Shown in pieces: positions 18,714 to 28,717 of a DNA stretch of 64,000 nucleotides (the first letter of the stretch is position 1; the number at the start of each line of letters is the position of its first letter). The position numbers and the translations under genes are program-made. Location of the stretch: sequence record NC_010821.1; one strand, 5' to 3'. A model generated the notes under the pieces. It ran no database searches. It was not told where the DNA came from and worked only from the letters and a program-made list of their open reading frames with translations.

Positions 18714-18956
18714 ATGCAACTGACTAACACTGTAACGGCTTGGACCAACCAGCTTCATCATGCATTGGGTAACAAGATCGAGGAAATGATTGTAGCTGAT
18801 CTCCCATCGTTCGAAGCAGATGAAGAACTCCGCGGTTTCTTCGATCAGACCTACCTGGATCTGTACCAGCACGAAGCTTGCCCTAAGGTGCGAGCCGAAG
18901 TGATTGCTGTGATCCAAGTGCATGACCATAAGCTCTGCCGGATTCAAATGCATTAA
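18714..18956 (+). CDS. hypothetical protein
   Basis: 80-aa ORF. Confidence 0.6.
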   Translation: MQLTNTVTAWTNQLHHALGNKIEEMIVADLPSFEADEELRGFFDQTYLDLYQHEACPKVRAEVIAVIQVHDHKLCRIQMH

Positions 18957-18999
18957 AAATTGGACTCTGGTCCATCAACTTAAAGACTGGAGTATCCAA

Positions 19000-19344
19000 A
19001 TGTCCAAATTCAAAAATGCTGTAAATATTACATTGTTCACGATGGGTGTAGCCGGCCTGTTTGTAGACTTTTATAGTCGCAGCAAAAAGGCACATCTTCG
19101 CAACGAACATGATGACGTATCGAACTGGTTTACCATTCAGCGTCATCAGATCGACCTGCTTGAAATCCAAGCCTGCTTGTCCGGCCAAGGTCCAGCTAAG
19201 TTGGTTGAGAATCTGGCGGGTGTTAAGAACATCATCGCTTACGAAAGTATCGATCGTTTCCCAGGTAGTCCAGATGCCGCTGGCGCGCTGACGAACCTGA
19301 ATGATTACATTGACGAAATCATCAAAAGATATCAAGGAGTATAA
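19000..19344 (+). CDS. hypothetical protein with N-terminal TM
   Basis: GGAG SD before ATG 19000. Confidence 0.65.
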   Translation: MSKFKNAVNITLFTMGVAGLFVDFYSRSKKAHLRNEHDDVSNWFTIQRHQIDLLEIQACLSGQGPAKLVENLAGVKNIIAYESIDRFPGSPDAAGALTNLNDYIDEIIKRYQGV

Positions 19345-19345
19345 A

Positions 19346-19582
19346 ATGGTTTTCAACCCCAAGAAGGAAGGCAATAAACTGGTCTACTGCACTCGCAACG
19401 CAAAAGTCGTTGCTGCTAAAGATCTGTGGCCTGAACTGGACAACACTGACGGCATCAACGTACTGCAAGCCGAGCACTATGTTCATGACGAGTGGCACCC
19501 AATCCGTACATCCATGATCGTTGACATCCGTGGCAACGATTACGAAACCCGCAATTCCATCTACCGCGTTATCGATAAGTAA
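19346..19582 (+). CDS. hypothetical protein
   Basis: AAGGAG SD before ATG 19346. Confidence 0.7.
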   Translation: MVFNPKKEGNKLVYCTRNAKVVAAKDLWPELDNTDGINVLQAEHYVHDEWHPIRTSMIVDIRGNDYETRNSIYRVIDK

Positions 19583-19592
19583 GGAATCGAGT

Positions 19593-19979
19593 ATGTCTCG
19601 TAAGAACAGTACCATCATCGCTATCGCGGTACATCCGAAACTCAGTATCGGTGACAAGTTCTATCGCGTTGGTTACAGTGGCGTGACCGAGATCGAACTG
19701 ACCACCAAACCGTTTTGGTACAGCTACAAGAGTTTCCCAGGTGGTCATTGGGAAATAGGCTTTAAGTCAGTGAGTCAGTCTGAAGGATCGTTTAATAAAA
19801 CCATGATCCTGGCCGATGAAGGTTTCACCGGTTTCGTTTATGACGATCGACCAAATCGTCTGGTGAAGAATGCAGAGGACATCGTGCAAGCGCAGATGGC
19901 TTACGATGCTTGGCTGGACCTTTCCAATCAGGAAGCGGAATTCTACACCCGTTCAGCTGACTACCACGACGGCTATTAA
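19593..19979 (+). CDS. hypothetical protein
   Basis: AAGGA SD before ATG 19593. Confidence 0.7.
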   Translation: MSRKNSTIIAIAVHPKLSIGDKFYRVGYSGVTEIELTTKPFWYSYKSFPGGHWEIGFKSVSQSEGSFNKTMILADEGFTGFVYDDRPNRLVKNAEDIVQAQMAYDAWLDLSNQEAEFYTRSADYHDGY

Positions 19980-20022
19980 GCCATCCCGTAATAAATCAAA
20001 ACTAACTAAGGAGCAATATCAA

Positions 20023-20256
20023 ATGTTTAATACTACTCATATCGGCGACACCATGATCCTGACTCCAGATGTAGTTCGCATGACGCCTGAGCGTGAGCAG
20101 GCCATTCGCGACTTCACCGCTGAGCACGGTTCCGTAGTGAGCGCTTCCATCGACACGAATGTTGACGGTACCCTGAAATCTGTCGATCTGTTCGGCGGTA
20201 ACAAGGCTACCCGTGAATCGTTCCGTGAGTCGTTGGCAAAAGTGGCTCTCTACTGA
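20023..20256 (+). CDS. hypothetical protein
   Basis: AAGGAG SD before ATG 20023. Confidence 0.7.
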   Translation: MFNTTHIGDTMILTPDVVRMTPEREQAIRDFTAEHGSVVSASIDTNVDGTLKSVDLFGGNKATRESFRESLAKVALY

Positions 20257-20320
20257 GCCGGGGTGCATTGGGGACCATCGGGTCCCCAAGCATTAACTTA
20301 TTTTTTCGGAGTTTTTGGTA

Positions 20321-21022
20321 ATGGAGCTTTATCGCGATTTGGTATTCAAGCGTAACATTCATGGATACGCTGAAGAAACGCGTGTACAGTTGTACCGCAC
20401 TCACATCCGTCAACTACCATTCTGGGTAGTGTACCACCCACATAACGAAGAACTTGATCTTCGCAAAGTTGAAAAGCTGGGTTCGTACTTCCTTGCTCCA
20501 GAAAGCGTGGTAGGTTATTTCAGGTCTTTCTATAACGCATGGGCAACCGGTAGTGAGTTCATCCCATCGATTGATATGACGGATGAAGCACTGCACGCAC
20601 TGCGTAGCGCAAGACCTGACCCTAATGGTCTGATGTACCGCGTCATCTACCGTAACCCGTTTGCCGACATCCCAGAGTGTGCGTTCGGCCATGGTTTATA
20701 CGACATCGATGAACCGCGTTTTGTATCTACCAAGACTAGTAGCATTGGTCATTGGTGTATCTACAACGAACACGTGGCAAAAGCAGTTACTCGCGTTCAT
20801 GCTGCGATGCCTTTTAGCGGATACGTATGGGACCGTCTTTGCAATAACCCTAGTGGTGGTTACATGGTAGTCCAAGCCACACCATTCAATCCGTCAGGAA
20901 ACCCTATCGAGGGTGAAGAATGGCGTGACATTGAAGAGGCCCCCGTTTGGAACATTAGTGTTCGACTGGACTTCAATGCAGATATGTCTGATATAGAAAC
21001 AATCTTTGAACTTAAACACTGA
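20321..21022 (+). CDS. hypothetical protein
   Basis: ~233-aa ORF, GGAG SD. Confidence 0.75.
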   Translation: MELYRDLVFKRNIHGYAEETRVQLYRTHIRQLPFWVVYHPHNEELDLRKVEKLGSYFLAPESVVGYFRSFYNAWATGSEFIPSIDMTDEALHALRSARPDPNGLMYRVIYRNPFADIPECAFGHGLYDIDEPRFVSTKTSSIGHWCIYNEHVAKAVTRVHAAMPFSGYVWDRLCNNPSGGYMVVQATPFNPSGNPIEGEEWRDIEEAPVWNISVRLDFNADMSDIETIFELKH

Positions 21023-21033
21023 GGAGGTAAAAC

Positions 21034-21513
21034 ATGCAGCATTATGGCATGGTCGCACAAAAGCTGGATCAACACAATACTTTTATGGAAACTGGACGTC
21101 GTCCATCCCTTCCGGGCCAGCAATACAAAGTAGAATATCTTGAAAGTGCCGATAACCTGTATTCGGTTACATCCGACTGGCAAGGTTTCCCTAACTTCAT
21201 GGTATGGAATGACGACCTCACGGTGATCTTCGATCCAATCGGACATTTCAGCTCCAAAGAAGTATTCGATATCGTGTCTGGACATATGGCCAACATGACC
21301 GATGAAGAACGTAAACTGTTCGATCCTATTCTGATCCAGTTGATTACCCTCAATGGGATCAACCAGATCGTTCTCGGCGATGACTTCATCGAGATCTATA
21401 CTCATGTCGCAGGTAAACAAAAACTGCTACTAGTCACCGTAATGAATATGATTGATACATCGGAACGATCGATCGACCGCATCCACTGGCGTAGTCGTTC
21501 CACACTTAACTAA
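21034..21513 (+). CDS. hypothetical protein
   Basis: GGAGG SD, 159 aa. Confidence 0.75.
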   Translation: MQHYGMVAQKLDQHNTFMETGRRPSLPGQQYKVEYLESADNLYSVTSDWQGFPNFMVWNDDLTVIFDPIGHFSSKEVFDIVSGHMANMTDEERKLFDPILIQLITLNGINQIVLGDDFIEIYTHVAGKQKLLLVTVMNMIDTSERSIDRIHWRSRSTLN

Positions 21514-21542
21514 TTGGGGACTTTGGTCCCCATCGAGGGACC

Positions 21543-21812
21543 ATGATTCCTATTACGATCTTTAAACATACCTCGGGCGACTGGGTAGCTAATTGGGGCG
21601 GTCGCATTCACCATGTTACGTTTAACCCAACCGATGATTTGACATTCGTGTCATTGGGGTTGACTGACTTTGGTGCCGTTAAGTTTGAACTAAACCCGCG
21701 TGGAGTGATCCTAGGGGTTTATAATAACCGCACGGAGCAACCGCTTGAAGAGCTTGCATTCCCAGTAAACCACTCACTGTACCGTGAGTTAAATATAGGT
21801 AGGCCTGTATGA
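21543..21812 (+). CDS. hypothetical protein
   Basis: 89-aa ORF, GAGG SD. Confidence 0.65.
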   Translation: MIPITIFKHTSGDWVANWGGRIHHVTFNPTDDLTFVSLGLTDFGAVKFELNPRGVILGVYNNRTEQPLEELAFPVNHSLYRELNIGRPV

Positions 21813-22261
21813 AAACCCGCTATGCAAAACGTGAAGGGTGTGTACCTGATTGGGCGTCATGCATCCGCACCAACCTTGCTCCACCTAGTTTCCAAAGGAA
21901 ACCCATGACCATCGAATTGGATGATGGTTCCGTAGTCTGTGGAAGTCACCTTCATGCAGATGGTCGGCGTTTTAACTTCAGGGATGTTTACGGCACACCA
22001 GTCGATAAAGATTGGGAATACCTACATATCACTCAGCTTAGCTATACCGCTGAGGATGGCAGTACCCAGATCGTCGAAGTAGACCCACGCAATCCACACA
22101 TCATCAACAAAACTCACGTGACTACCAAAATGGGCTACGTGACTAAAGTTAATGGTAAGCGTTGGGGCGTGATGGTTCATCTGAACTGGCGTACCGGTGA
22201 TACCCAAATCATTCCTGACCAAGGTTCCCCAATCACGGGTGCCTTGATCCAACTGATCTAA
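21809..22261 (+). CDS. hypothetical protein
   Basis: 150-aa ORF, ATGA overlap. Confidence 0.7.
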   Translation: MKTRYAKREGCVPDWASCIRTNLAPPSFQRKPMTIELDDGSVVCGSHLHADGRRFNFRDVYGTPVDKDWEYLHITQLSYTAEDGSTQIVEVDPRNPHIINKTHVTTKMGYVTKVNGKRWGVMVHLNWRTGDTQIIPDQGSPITGALIQLI

Positions 22262-22264
22262 TAC

Positions 22265-22291
22265 GTCTCCCTTCGGGGAGACTTCTATTCC
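22265..22291 (+). terminator. hairpin terminator
   Basis: GTCTCCC-TTCG-GGGAGAC-TTCTATTCC. Confidence 0.75.
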
Positions 22292-22303
22292 TTAGGAGTC
22301 AAT

Positions 22304-22468
22304 ATGCTATCAGATGATGCATGGGATAAGTTATGCGATGAACTGAAAAAGAATCCTATCCCTGCGGTGCGTGTAGCCACATTCCCACAGCGCGATGCAC
22401 CTATGGTCATGACTGACAAATGTAGTGGTATTTATCCGATCCGTGAACTTAAAAAGGACCGTAAGTAA
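22304..22468 (+). CDS. small protein (54 aa, not in ORF track)
   Basis: AGGAG SD; MLSDDAWDKLCDELKKNP...KKDRK*. Confidence 0.6.
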   Translation: MLSDDAWDKLCDELKKNPIPAVRVATFPQRDAPMVMTDKCSGIYPIRELKKDRK

Positions 22469-22815
22469 TGTACGTCGAATTTTTCAATATCTCAACGCAA
22501 AAATGTTATTACCTGTGCGGTACCCTGGCAGACCCAGTTGCCATAGTGTACAAGCGCAATGTAACTGACATGATGTTGAAACTTGATGTTGAGATGAAAG
22601 TTATGGACGTGTTCGATATTGTCCGTCCAGTGGTGGATCGACTCATAGAAGTTGAAGGTAGTGGTTTCTGGGTGGTAAAGATCTTCGACTTCACGGACGA
22701 ATCTACTACAAGTATAACCAGACACCGTCTCACCAAAGAATACGGAATCTACCGTGTAGGTGAACCAACTTATATTGATGGCGTCCTGCAACCAACGAAA
22801 TTCATTTCGGTTTAG
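22468..22815 (+). CDS. hypothetical protein
   Basis: 115-aa ORF, TAATG coupling. Confidence 0.65.
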   Translation: MYVEFFNISTQKCYYLCGTLADPVAIVYKRNVTDMMLKLDVEMKVMDVFDIVRPVVDRLIEVEGSGFWVVKIFDFTDESTTSITRHRLTKEYGIYRVGEPTYIDGVLQPTKFISV

Positions 22816-22926
22816 CAGTAGAATCAAAATCACATTTACATTATAGACCAGCAGTAAACAAACTAATACTATCCCCGAATCATCGTGGAGTAAGTTTATG
22901 GCTAAAATTAGAAATGGGGAAACGAA

Positions 22927-23205
22927 ATGGGTTGGTTTAGAGAAGTCGCTGGATTGATTGATCACGTTGCAAAGTCTGACGTCGTACGTGGCATGATTCT
23001 ACAAGCGAACAGTGATATCTATCTACATAAGACAGATCGTGAAAACGGTTATACCGAAGTTAAGTATGCAAACGAAGGTGACGATCTTGAAGTCCTTTGT
23101 GAGGATCTTGAGATCGAAGGGGGCTTTCGCGTAATCAATCGTGACAATCATGACCAAATCGAAACGGTACAACTAACTGATCTTGATGATGGGAGTCATT
23201 CATGA
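22927..23205 (+). CDS. hypothetical acidic protein
   Basis: 92-aa ORF. Confidence 0.65.
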   Translation: MGWFREVAGLIDHVAKSDVVRGMILQANSDIYLHKTDRENGYTEVKYANEGDDLEVLCEDLEIEGGFRVINRDNHDQIETVQLTDLDDGSHS

Positions 23206-23396
23206 AACGTGCACGTCTAAAAGAAGCAATCGTTAATGTTGTATTGGATATACCTATCACCTTGGCTCCAGCTGGTGCGGAAGTAACGATCCTTGAAGAT
23301 AATGGTTCCAACTATGAAGTTGCTTATTATGGCGGGGAATCGCCTTCGACGACTTTCTATGTCCGTCCTAACCAAGTGGAGCTGATCAATGAGTAA
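23202..23396 (+). CDS. small SH3-like protein (DUF4926-like)
   Basis: APAGAEVTILED...YEVAY...FYVRPNQVEL. Confidence 0.5.
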   Translation: MKRARLKEAIVNVVLDIPITLAPAGAEVTILEDNGSNYEVAYYGGESPSTTFYVRPNQVELINE

Positions 23397-23955
23397 TCCT
23401 CCTTTTATCTCAAGTCATCAAGCGAGACAGCAGGTTGTTGATGCAATTGAACAGGTGACAAGTCGCATTGATACATTTGGCTTCGCTATCTGGCCATTGA
23501 TGCCCTACACTGAACGAGGTATCCCACCAGGCTTCATTACCATTGGCTGCACCAAGATTGGTATCCCTGAGTTCTACGTATCGGGTATTCCGGCACACTC
23601 TGATGAAGCTGATCAGCTCATTAAAACCCTGCGTGAGTTCTACAGCTATGCTCGTGACAATGCAATGGGTATAGAGCCGATGGAATTGTGTCATATGGTC
23701 AACACCCGTGATGAAGGTCAGATTGTCCCACAATACCAATATCGGCCAGTAGACTCTGAGCGGCTGATGTATGGTCAGTGCACTATCTTGCGTCACTGGG
23801 CAGAGTCGGTCGGACTGAAAGAACAGGTGATGGGTGTTCAGATTGTACATCGCCAGACACCAGAAGCTGACTTCCCTATGTACTCAACCCCAGCCCAACT
23901 GTTGTTGGATTGGACTCCATTCGGATTTAAACAAGAGGTTGTAACGGGGGTTTAA
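23389..23955 (+). CDS. DUF4262-like protein
   Basis: FGFAIWP...PPGFITIGCTKIGIPEFYVSGI resembles DUF4262 'GWAV...FAYTVGL...GHPELvv.GL'. Confidence 0.55.
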   Translation: MSNPPFISSHQARQQVVDAIEQVTSRIDTFGFAIWPLMPYTERGIPPGFITIGCTKIGIPEFYVSGIPAHSDEADQLIKTLREFYSYARDNAMGIEPMELCHMVNTRDEGQIVPQYQYRPVDSERLMYGQCTILRHWAESVGLKEQVMGVQIVHRQTPEADFPMYSTPAQLLLDWTPFGFKQEVVTGV

Positions 23956-24299
23956 TGGTACTAGAAGACATCAACGTTGCGCGTCCACGTTACTTACAGT
24001 GGACGCTCTTTAGGGATTACCATTACGCTGTGTTCAACGAGCGTGGGGAAATGGTTATGATCCTGGTGATGACTAAAGGTACCTTGCGTAGTTACTGGGT
24101 TAAAGAGTTAAATCCTAAAACACAAAACGTGGTTTATGAAAACCATGAGATCCATGCTCGGATGATGGCTTGCCGTTACATACGTGAGTCTGAAGATCTG
24201 GTTGCAAAGCTTGAGTCAGAGCAACCACCCGGACAGTACTTCCTTTCGGTTGTTAACGCATCGGGTAAAAGACTTTACAACATTTCGATCTGGATCTAA
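23955..24299 (+). CDS. hypothetical protein
   Basis: 114-aa ORF, TAATG coupling. Confidence 0.65.
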   Translation: MVLEDINVARPRYLQWTLFRDYHYAVFNERGEMVMILVMTKGTLRSYWVKELNPKTQNVVYENHEIHARMMACRYIRESEDLVAKLESEQPPGQYFLSVVNASGKRLYNISIWI

Positions 24300-24350
24300 G
24301 TTTTACCGAACAGCTTGATACTCTGTATTAAACCATTAAGAGGCTATGAG

Positions 24351-24899
24351 ATGACACAGGTTCTTCGCGTTGGTAAGTTCTCCGGTAAATATGAATTCCT
24401 CGATAAGGAAGCGCAAGTTATCAGTCCAGAGACTGGTTCTGGACTGATTTCATCGGAGGATGCCGATGTTCTGTTGGAACGGATTCGTCAAGGGTATCAG
24501 TACATTCCAGGTGGCCACTATATTCTGCGTCTTGAAGACGTCGGTGGTATGGACGGCTATTTTGAATTTACTGAGATGATTACCTTCGACACAGATGACG
24601 ATGGTTATGCGATCCCTCGCCATACTCAGCTGGTTACCCAGGCTGCGTTTGATGCCCCATTCTCCGATCACAACCAGATCCTTACAGCTAACGCCTTTAT
24701 CGATTACGCTGAGCGTGTGATTCGTTGGATGAATAATCCAATCGGTTTTGATCAATATGTGTATGATCCAGCGCAAGCTGTGAAGGCATGTGATATCGAT
24801 GACGACGTGGCTGTACTCATGACAGTCGGGGCACGTTATCTGATGCGCGATAAACCAACTCATTACTCTCTGATCCCTACGCGGTTCTACGTGAGGTAA
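24351..24899 (+). CDS. hypothetical protein
   Basis: GAGG SD; ~182 aa. Confidence 0.7.
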   Translation: MTQVLRVGKFSGKYEFLDKEAQVISPETGSGLISSEDADVLLERIRQGYQYIPGGHYILRLEDVGGMDGYFEFTEMITFDTDDDGYAIPRHTQLVTQAAFDAPFSDHNQILTANAFIDYAERVIRWMNNPIGFDQYVYDPAQAVKACDIDDDVAVLMTVGARYLMRDKPTHYSLIPTRFYVR

Positions 24900-24901
24900 C
24901 T

Positions 24902-25417
24902 ATGGATACACCTAAGGTTCTCTACCATGGGTCGCTTTATAAACAGAATGAACTCATGCCAGGCATTAAACGCTCGGGTGAGCTCACTGTATGGGATGGG
25001 GTAGAGACCAACCAGAATCTTTACGCTACTACTGACCCACAGGAAGCTGCTTTACTGGGGATAGGTTCAGCAGCCGAGAAGACGTTTGATACAGATCGGT
25101 TTATTGAACTGGACGGTAACATCTGGTTGTTTACACAAACCCAGATCGACATCAACGATTTCTTGGAGATGGTTATCTATCGATACACCATTCCGGTTCG
25201 GCCACAAGATGGTTGGACCAAGAACAACAACCCGTACAACAATATTGATACTGAGTGGATCACACAGAAAACCATCCATGGTGTAAAGTGTGAGAAACTC
25301 GATATCCGTAAAGTAATGCGTGGGCATACTGTGACAGTAACTCAAGCTCCGGTCGACGTAAGTTTACCTGAGATTACTACTCGTTATGGTAGCGATACAA
25401 AAGTGTATAAACTGTGA
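24902..25417 (+). CDS. ADP-ribosyltransferase-fold protein (Arr/Tpt1-like H-Y-E signature)
   Basis: LYHGS near the N-terminus, LYATTDPQEA (Y-x-T/S strand), DTEW near the C-terminus. Confidence 0.55.
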   Translation: MDTPKVLYHGSLYKQNELMPGIKRSGELTVWDGVETNQNLYATTDPQEAALLGIGSAAEKTFDTDRFIELDGNIWLFTQTQIDINDFLEMVIYRYTIPVRPQDGWTKNNNPYNNIDTEWITQKTIHGVKCEKLDIRKVMRGHTVTVTQAPVDVSLPEITTRYGSDTKVYKL

Positions 25418-25442
25418 GTGGCTTAGCCACTCACTTATTCCG
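25414..25442 (+). terminator. hairpin terminator
   Basis: GTGAGTGGC-TTA-GCCACTCAC-TTATTCCG. Confidence 0.7.
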
Positions 25443-25455
25443 TTAAGGATACAAT

Positions 25456-25707
25456 ATGGATTTTTGGTCTGGACTGTTTATAGCGTTCTCGGGTGGTGCG
25501 TGTGTATACGCTTCACTGGGACTGATGTTGATTTATCGATATTGGTTTGAATCAGGTGCTAACCGTGGTGAAATCGCATGCACTCTTCGGGGTGTGGGGT
25601 TAACATTGATGGTGGGCATTTTGGTTCCAGCCATTTTACTAACACTGCACCTCACCGAGGTGATTACAATGTGGCGAGTCGGTTATGAGATCTTACGAGT
25701 ACAATGA
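25456..25707 (+). CDS. small 2-TM membrane protein
   Basis: AAGGA SD; two hydrophobic helices. Confidence 0.65.
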   Translation: MDFWSGLFIAFSGGACVYASLGLMLIYRYWFESGANRGEIACTLRGVGLTLMVGILVPAILLTLHLTEVITMWRVGYEILRVQ

Positions 25708-25747
25708 CGAAGACTTCGAGCGGTTTGTTTTAGGTAGTACAGGTAAC

Positions 25748-25816
25748 ATGGGGCCGGGCGGTTTTATCGCTTTGGTTATCTTGATTCTTGTTTGTTTGAT
25801 ATGGTGGTTTAAATGA
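25748..25816 (+). CDS. hydrophobic micro-peptide (22 aa)
   Basis: MGPGGFIALVILILVCLIWWFK*; AGGT SD; ATGA coupling to the next gene. Confidence 0.4.
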   Translation: MGPGGFIALVILILVCLIWWFK

Positions 25817-26055
25817 GTCAGTCGGCACCTAGATTCACGTTTTCAAATGTGCTGGAGCTACCATGTGGCACCACTACTGATTCACCCATCATTCGTATTC
25901 CACTGCGTGAAGAGTACCGGAGTAAGTTCAATGCCGCAGCGGCTCGGGATATTTTGAACTCCTTTAGCTTTGACGATATAAAGATCGTACTCTTGGATTA
26001 CCCAGAGTACGGCCCATTCGATAAAGTTGTTGGCTTTTCGGTACAACCAAAATAA
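25813..26055 (+). CDS. hypothetical protein
   Basis: 80-aa ORF. Confidence 0.6.
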   Translation: MSQSAPRFTFSNVLELPCGTTTDSPIIRIPLREEYRSKFNAAAARDILNSFSFDDIKIVLLDYPEYGPFDKVVGFSVQPK

Positions 26056-26066
26056 GAAGGGCATCT

Positions 26067-26366
26067 ATGCACTTTAATGTAGAACTTAAAGTTAAACTCA
26101 CAGCGGAATACTGGTTCATCTACCGTACCATTAATGGCTGGGGTTTAACCCGTAGAATGCGCAACGCCACTGATTTCGATACATTCGCCGAAGCCAAGGC
26201 GGCCGTGTTGGAGTTGGTTAAAATGGATCGTTCAGCGTTCCGTAAGTTCATTCATAAAGAAGATGACTTTGATACCCCCGTCTCACTAACCGTCCTCAGT
26301 CATATGACTGAGGGTGCAGAGAAGCAATCTTTCCAAAAACTATATACTTTCAACGATCAGGAGTAA
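26067..26366 (+). CDS. hypothetical protein
   Basis: 99-aa ORF. Confidence 0.65.
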   Translation: MHFNVELKVKLTAEYWFIYRTINGWGLTRRMRNATDFDTFAEAKAAVLELVKMDRSAFRKFIHKEDDFDTPVSLTVLSHMTEGAEKQSFQKLYTFNDQE

Positions 26367-26370
26367 TGAG

Positions 26371-27198
26371 ATGTCTAAGCGTTATAAGAACGAGCGTTAT
26401 CACGTAGCTGTTCCACATCCACAACTGAGTGCCGCTCAGTCAGTATACGCTCGAGAAACCATGAACCGCCTGTTGGCCGATGTCGATCTGGCGGACTGGT
26501 TCGGTAAAGATGACGAAGATGGTACAGTGCATTATGTGTTCCGTACCTACAAGCTCGGTAAAGTAGTTGAAGAAGCTTTACTCGCGGAATGCAGTAGGCT
26601 GACCGATGCTCATCGTGTATGGGGTCAGCGTCATTGGGTTAGGAAGCCTAGTCGTATCCATGTAGGTCTGTTTACCGACGAAGGTATCTGTGCTATTGTG
26701 GCACCCGGTGATACCTTCAAGGGGATGATGTTCAAACAAGTCAATGGTAAAGTTACCCAAGGTTGGTTTAATCAATCAGGGAAACATTTACCATCAAGAG
26801 AACTGGGTAAGCTCGTACGGTTATGGTTCCAAGGTGAGTCTACTGCCGTATGGAACGCACAGCGTCGATTCCGCTATGAGATGGATAACCCGGAGTCCAA
26901 GCATTACGGTGATATCGAATACGCCTTGGAGAAAGCTCGTGACCTACTGGGTAATAACGCGGCCATCCATTGTGTAAACGATAAAGGTGATCTTTATACC
27001 ATCTCGGCATATGGGATTGAAGCATCCAATTACTGCACCAAGTTCGATCGTGGTGAACAGTGGGTGTTTGAATATGGTGTTGTTCCAGTGGGTATCCCGC
27101 ATGAGGATGTGGTTTATAGCACGGGTAAGAAATCGGTCTTTAAGCAACAGCTCTTAGTGGCGAATACTATGACTATTCTCAAACGAGTTTGTATGTAA
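26371..27198 (+). CDS. hypothetical protein
   Basis: AGGAG SD; ~275 aa. Confidence 0.75.
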   Translation: MSKRYKNERYHVAVPHPQLSAAQSVYARETMNRLLADVDLADWFGKDDEDGTVHYVFRTYKLGKVVEEALLAECSRLTDAHRVWGQRHWVRKPSRIHVGLFTDEGICAIVAPGDTFKGMMFKQVNGKVTQGWFNQSGKHLPSRELGKLVRLWFQGESTAVWNAQRRFRYEMDNPESKHYGDIEYALEKARDLLGNNAAIHCVNDKGDLYTISAYGIEASNYCTKFDRGEQWVFEYGVVPVGIPHEDVVYSTGKKSVFKQQLLVANTMTILKRVCM

Positions 27199-27207
27199 GG
27201 AGTTATA

Positions 27208-28029
27208 ATGCGTACGCCCTATGTATTTAAGTTGGCTTCGGATGCACCTGCTCCCGAGGTAGCAAAGATCTTCAACATTATCCATTCGATGGATCGTGTT
27301 GATAAAAACGACACTCATAAAATCCATGAGGTGCTGTATCGAGATCCTCGTGGTAAGTATCGTACTTACATCGTGCCGTTCGACGAGGAAACAGGTTGCA
27401 AGTTCCAGCAACGTTGTAATGCTGCCGGTCTAAGTGCGTGCATTGATACGGAATACGTAAGTCCACCAGATCGGCATTACGTGGATGTACAGGCGTCTGG
27501 GTTGATTAAACTGCACTGGAGTAAGAAGGATACCTTTATTAGGGTTAAACCTGATGATACGTACCGTCATGAAATCCTTGGTCCAACCTCGGAGCAGACT
27601 GGGATTTACCCAAAAGAGATTTTCTTTGTGGGTCCCATTAAGCAGATCAACAAGGCCTATCGTCGTTACCTTTCAGTGATGCGTAAGCTCCATACCAGTA
27701 ATGGTTACCTCACTACGTATCAACTGGACGATATTCTCAGTGCAATCGAGACTACCGGTGAGGCTTATGGTGGTGCGATGTATATTCTGACCGAGACTGG
27801 GTTGATCGCTCAATTGACTCGCACTGGATTCCATTGGGTAATTAACCGTCCGCCAGTTAGTGAGGATCAGCGTCGTAGTCGGGTGATCCACGGGTATAAC
27901 GAAACGGTCATTGGTGTCGGTAAAGCAGATTGGTACACAAACTACTTTCGTGGGCGGGTAAAGAACCTAGCGTTTTGTGAGTCTTTGCTCAAAGCGGGTG
28001 TTACTCAAGAAGCTTACCTGAAACTTTAA
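27208..28029 (+). CDS. ~280-aa paralog family member
   Basis: AAGGAG SD; EIFFVGPIKQINKAYRR segment similar to 29876/30850/31721. Confidence 0.75.
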   Translation: MRTPYVFKLASDAPAPEVAKIFNIIHSMDRVDKNDTHKIHEVLYRDPRGKYRTYIVPFDEETGCKFQQRCNAAGLSACIDTEYVSPPDRHYVDVQASGLIKLHWSKKDTFIRVKPDDTYRHEILGPTSEQTGIYPKEIFFVGPIKQINKAYRRYLSVMRKLHTSNGYLTTYQLDDILSAIETTGEAYGGAMYILTETGLIAQLTRTGFHWVINRPPVSEDQRRSRVIHGYNETVIGVGKADWYTNYFRGRVKNLAFCESLLKAGVTQEAYLKL

Positions 28030-28036
28030 TTAATCT

Positions 28037-28063
28037 GCCTCCCTTCGGGGAGGCTCTATTTCG
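28037..28063 (+). terminator. hairpin terminator
   Basis: GCCTCCC-TTCG-GGGAGGC-TCTATTTCG. Confidence 0.7.
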
Positions 28064-28074
28064 AGGAGTAATAG

Positions 28075-28443
28075 ATGTCCTGTACTAATGAAATGGCTGA
28101 GATGTTGATCCACTGGTATAGCAACTTACCCGACAGTCAATTGGTATCCCCTCAGTTCCGTCGTGAAGCTCTGTGTGCCGTAACAGAGCTTACTGCTTAC
28201 GATGCCATTCATCACATCGTAAGGAATAGTCCAGAAGCTTTCCAGGTCTATGTAGGTTATCCTAGCTATCTCATTATCCGTCCTTCAGTAGGTGGATTGT
28301 TCACAACCTCGGAAATGCGCTATCAATCCCAATTACCAGAGGGCGGTTATTCGCAACTACATTCGGTGGGGACCAATACAGCATTCGATGCGATGATCAA
28401 CCTCAAGCAGCGTTATGAGTGGGAGATGGCTAATGGACAATAA
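28075..28443 (+). CDS. hypothetical protein
   Basis: GAGGAG SD, 122 aa. Confidence 0.7.
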   Translation: MSCTNEMAEMLIHWYSNLPDSQLVSPQFRREALCAVTELTAYDAIHHIVRNSPEAFQVYVGYPSYLIIRPSVGGLFTTSEMRYQSQLPEGGYSQLHSVGTNTAFDAMINLKQRYEWEMANGQ

Positions 28444-28717
28444 ACCTGTCAACGGGATTTACAAGACTCGACCTAACTGGTACAAACAAACCGGTTGGCC
28501 TGAGGATCGTCATGTCTTCATTCAAGGCGATTCAGTTTGTCTTGTAGATTACATCGCTTACGGTGAGGAGTCTTATCATCGTGAGATCTACAGTTACCAT
28601 AGTTTCTTCGAGGCGAATGAACTTGGTGAACGTGTAGGTCCATTACCTGAAGGTGATTTCAGTATCTGGACTTATCAAGGTCCACCCAAGGAGGAAGGGA
28701 AATGTCTTACGCCCTGA
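28433..28717 (+). CDS. hypothetical protein
   Basis: GGAG SD before ATG 28433. Confidence 0.6.
   Translation: MDNKPVNGIYKTRPNWYKQTGWPEDRHVFIQGDSVCLVDYIAYGEESYHREIYSYHSFFEANELGERVGPLPEGDFSIWTYQGPPKEEGKCLTP

Noticed and set aside
24294-24310. Systematic calling of middle (AAanntTAC) and late (TATG) promoters
   Set aside because: The motifs are too short to call reliably by eye; only the best-placed instances are mentioned in findings.
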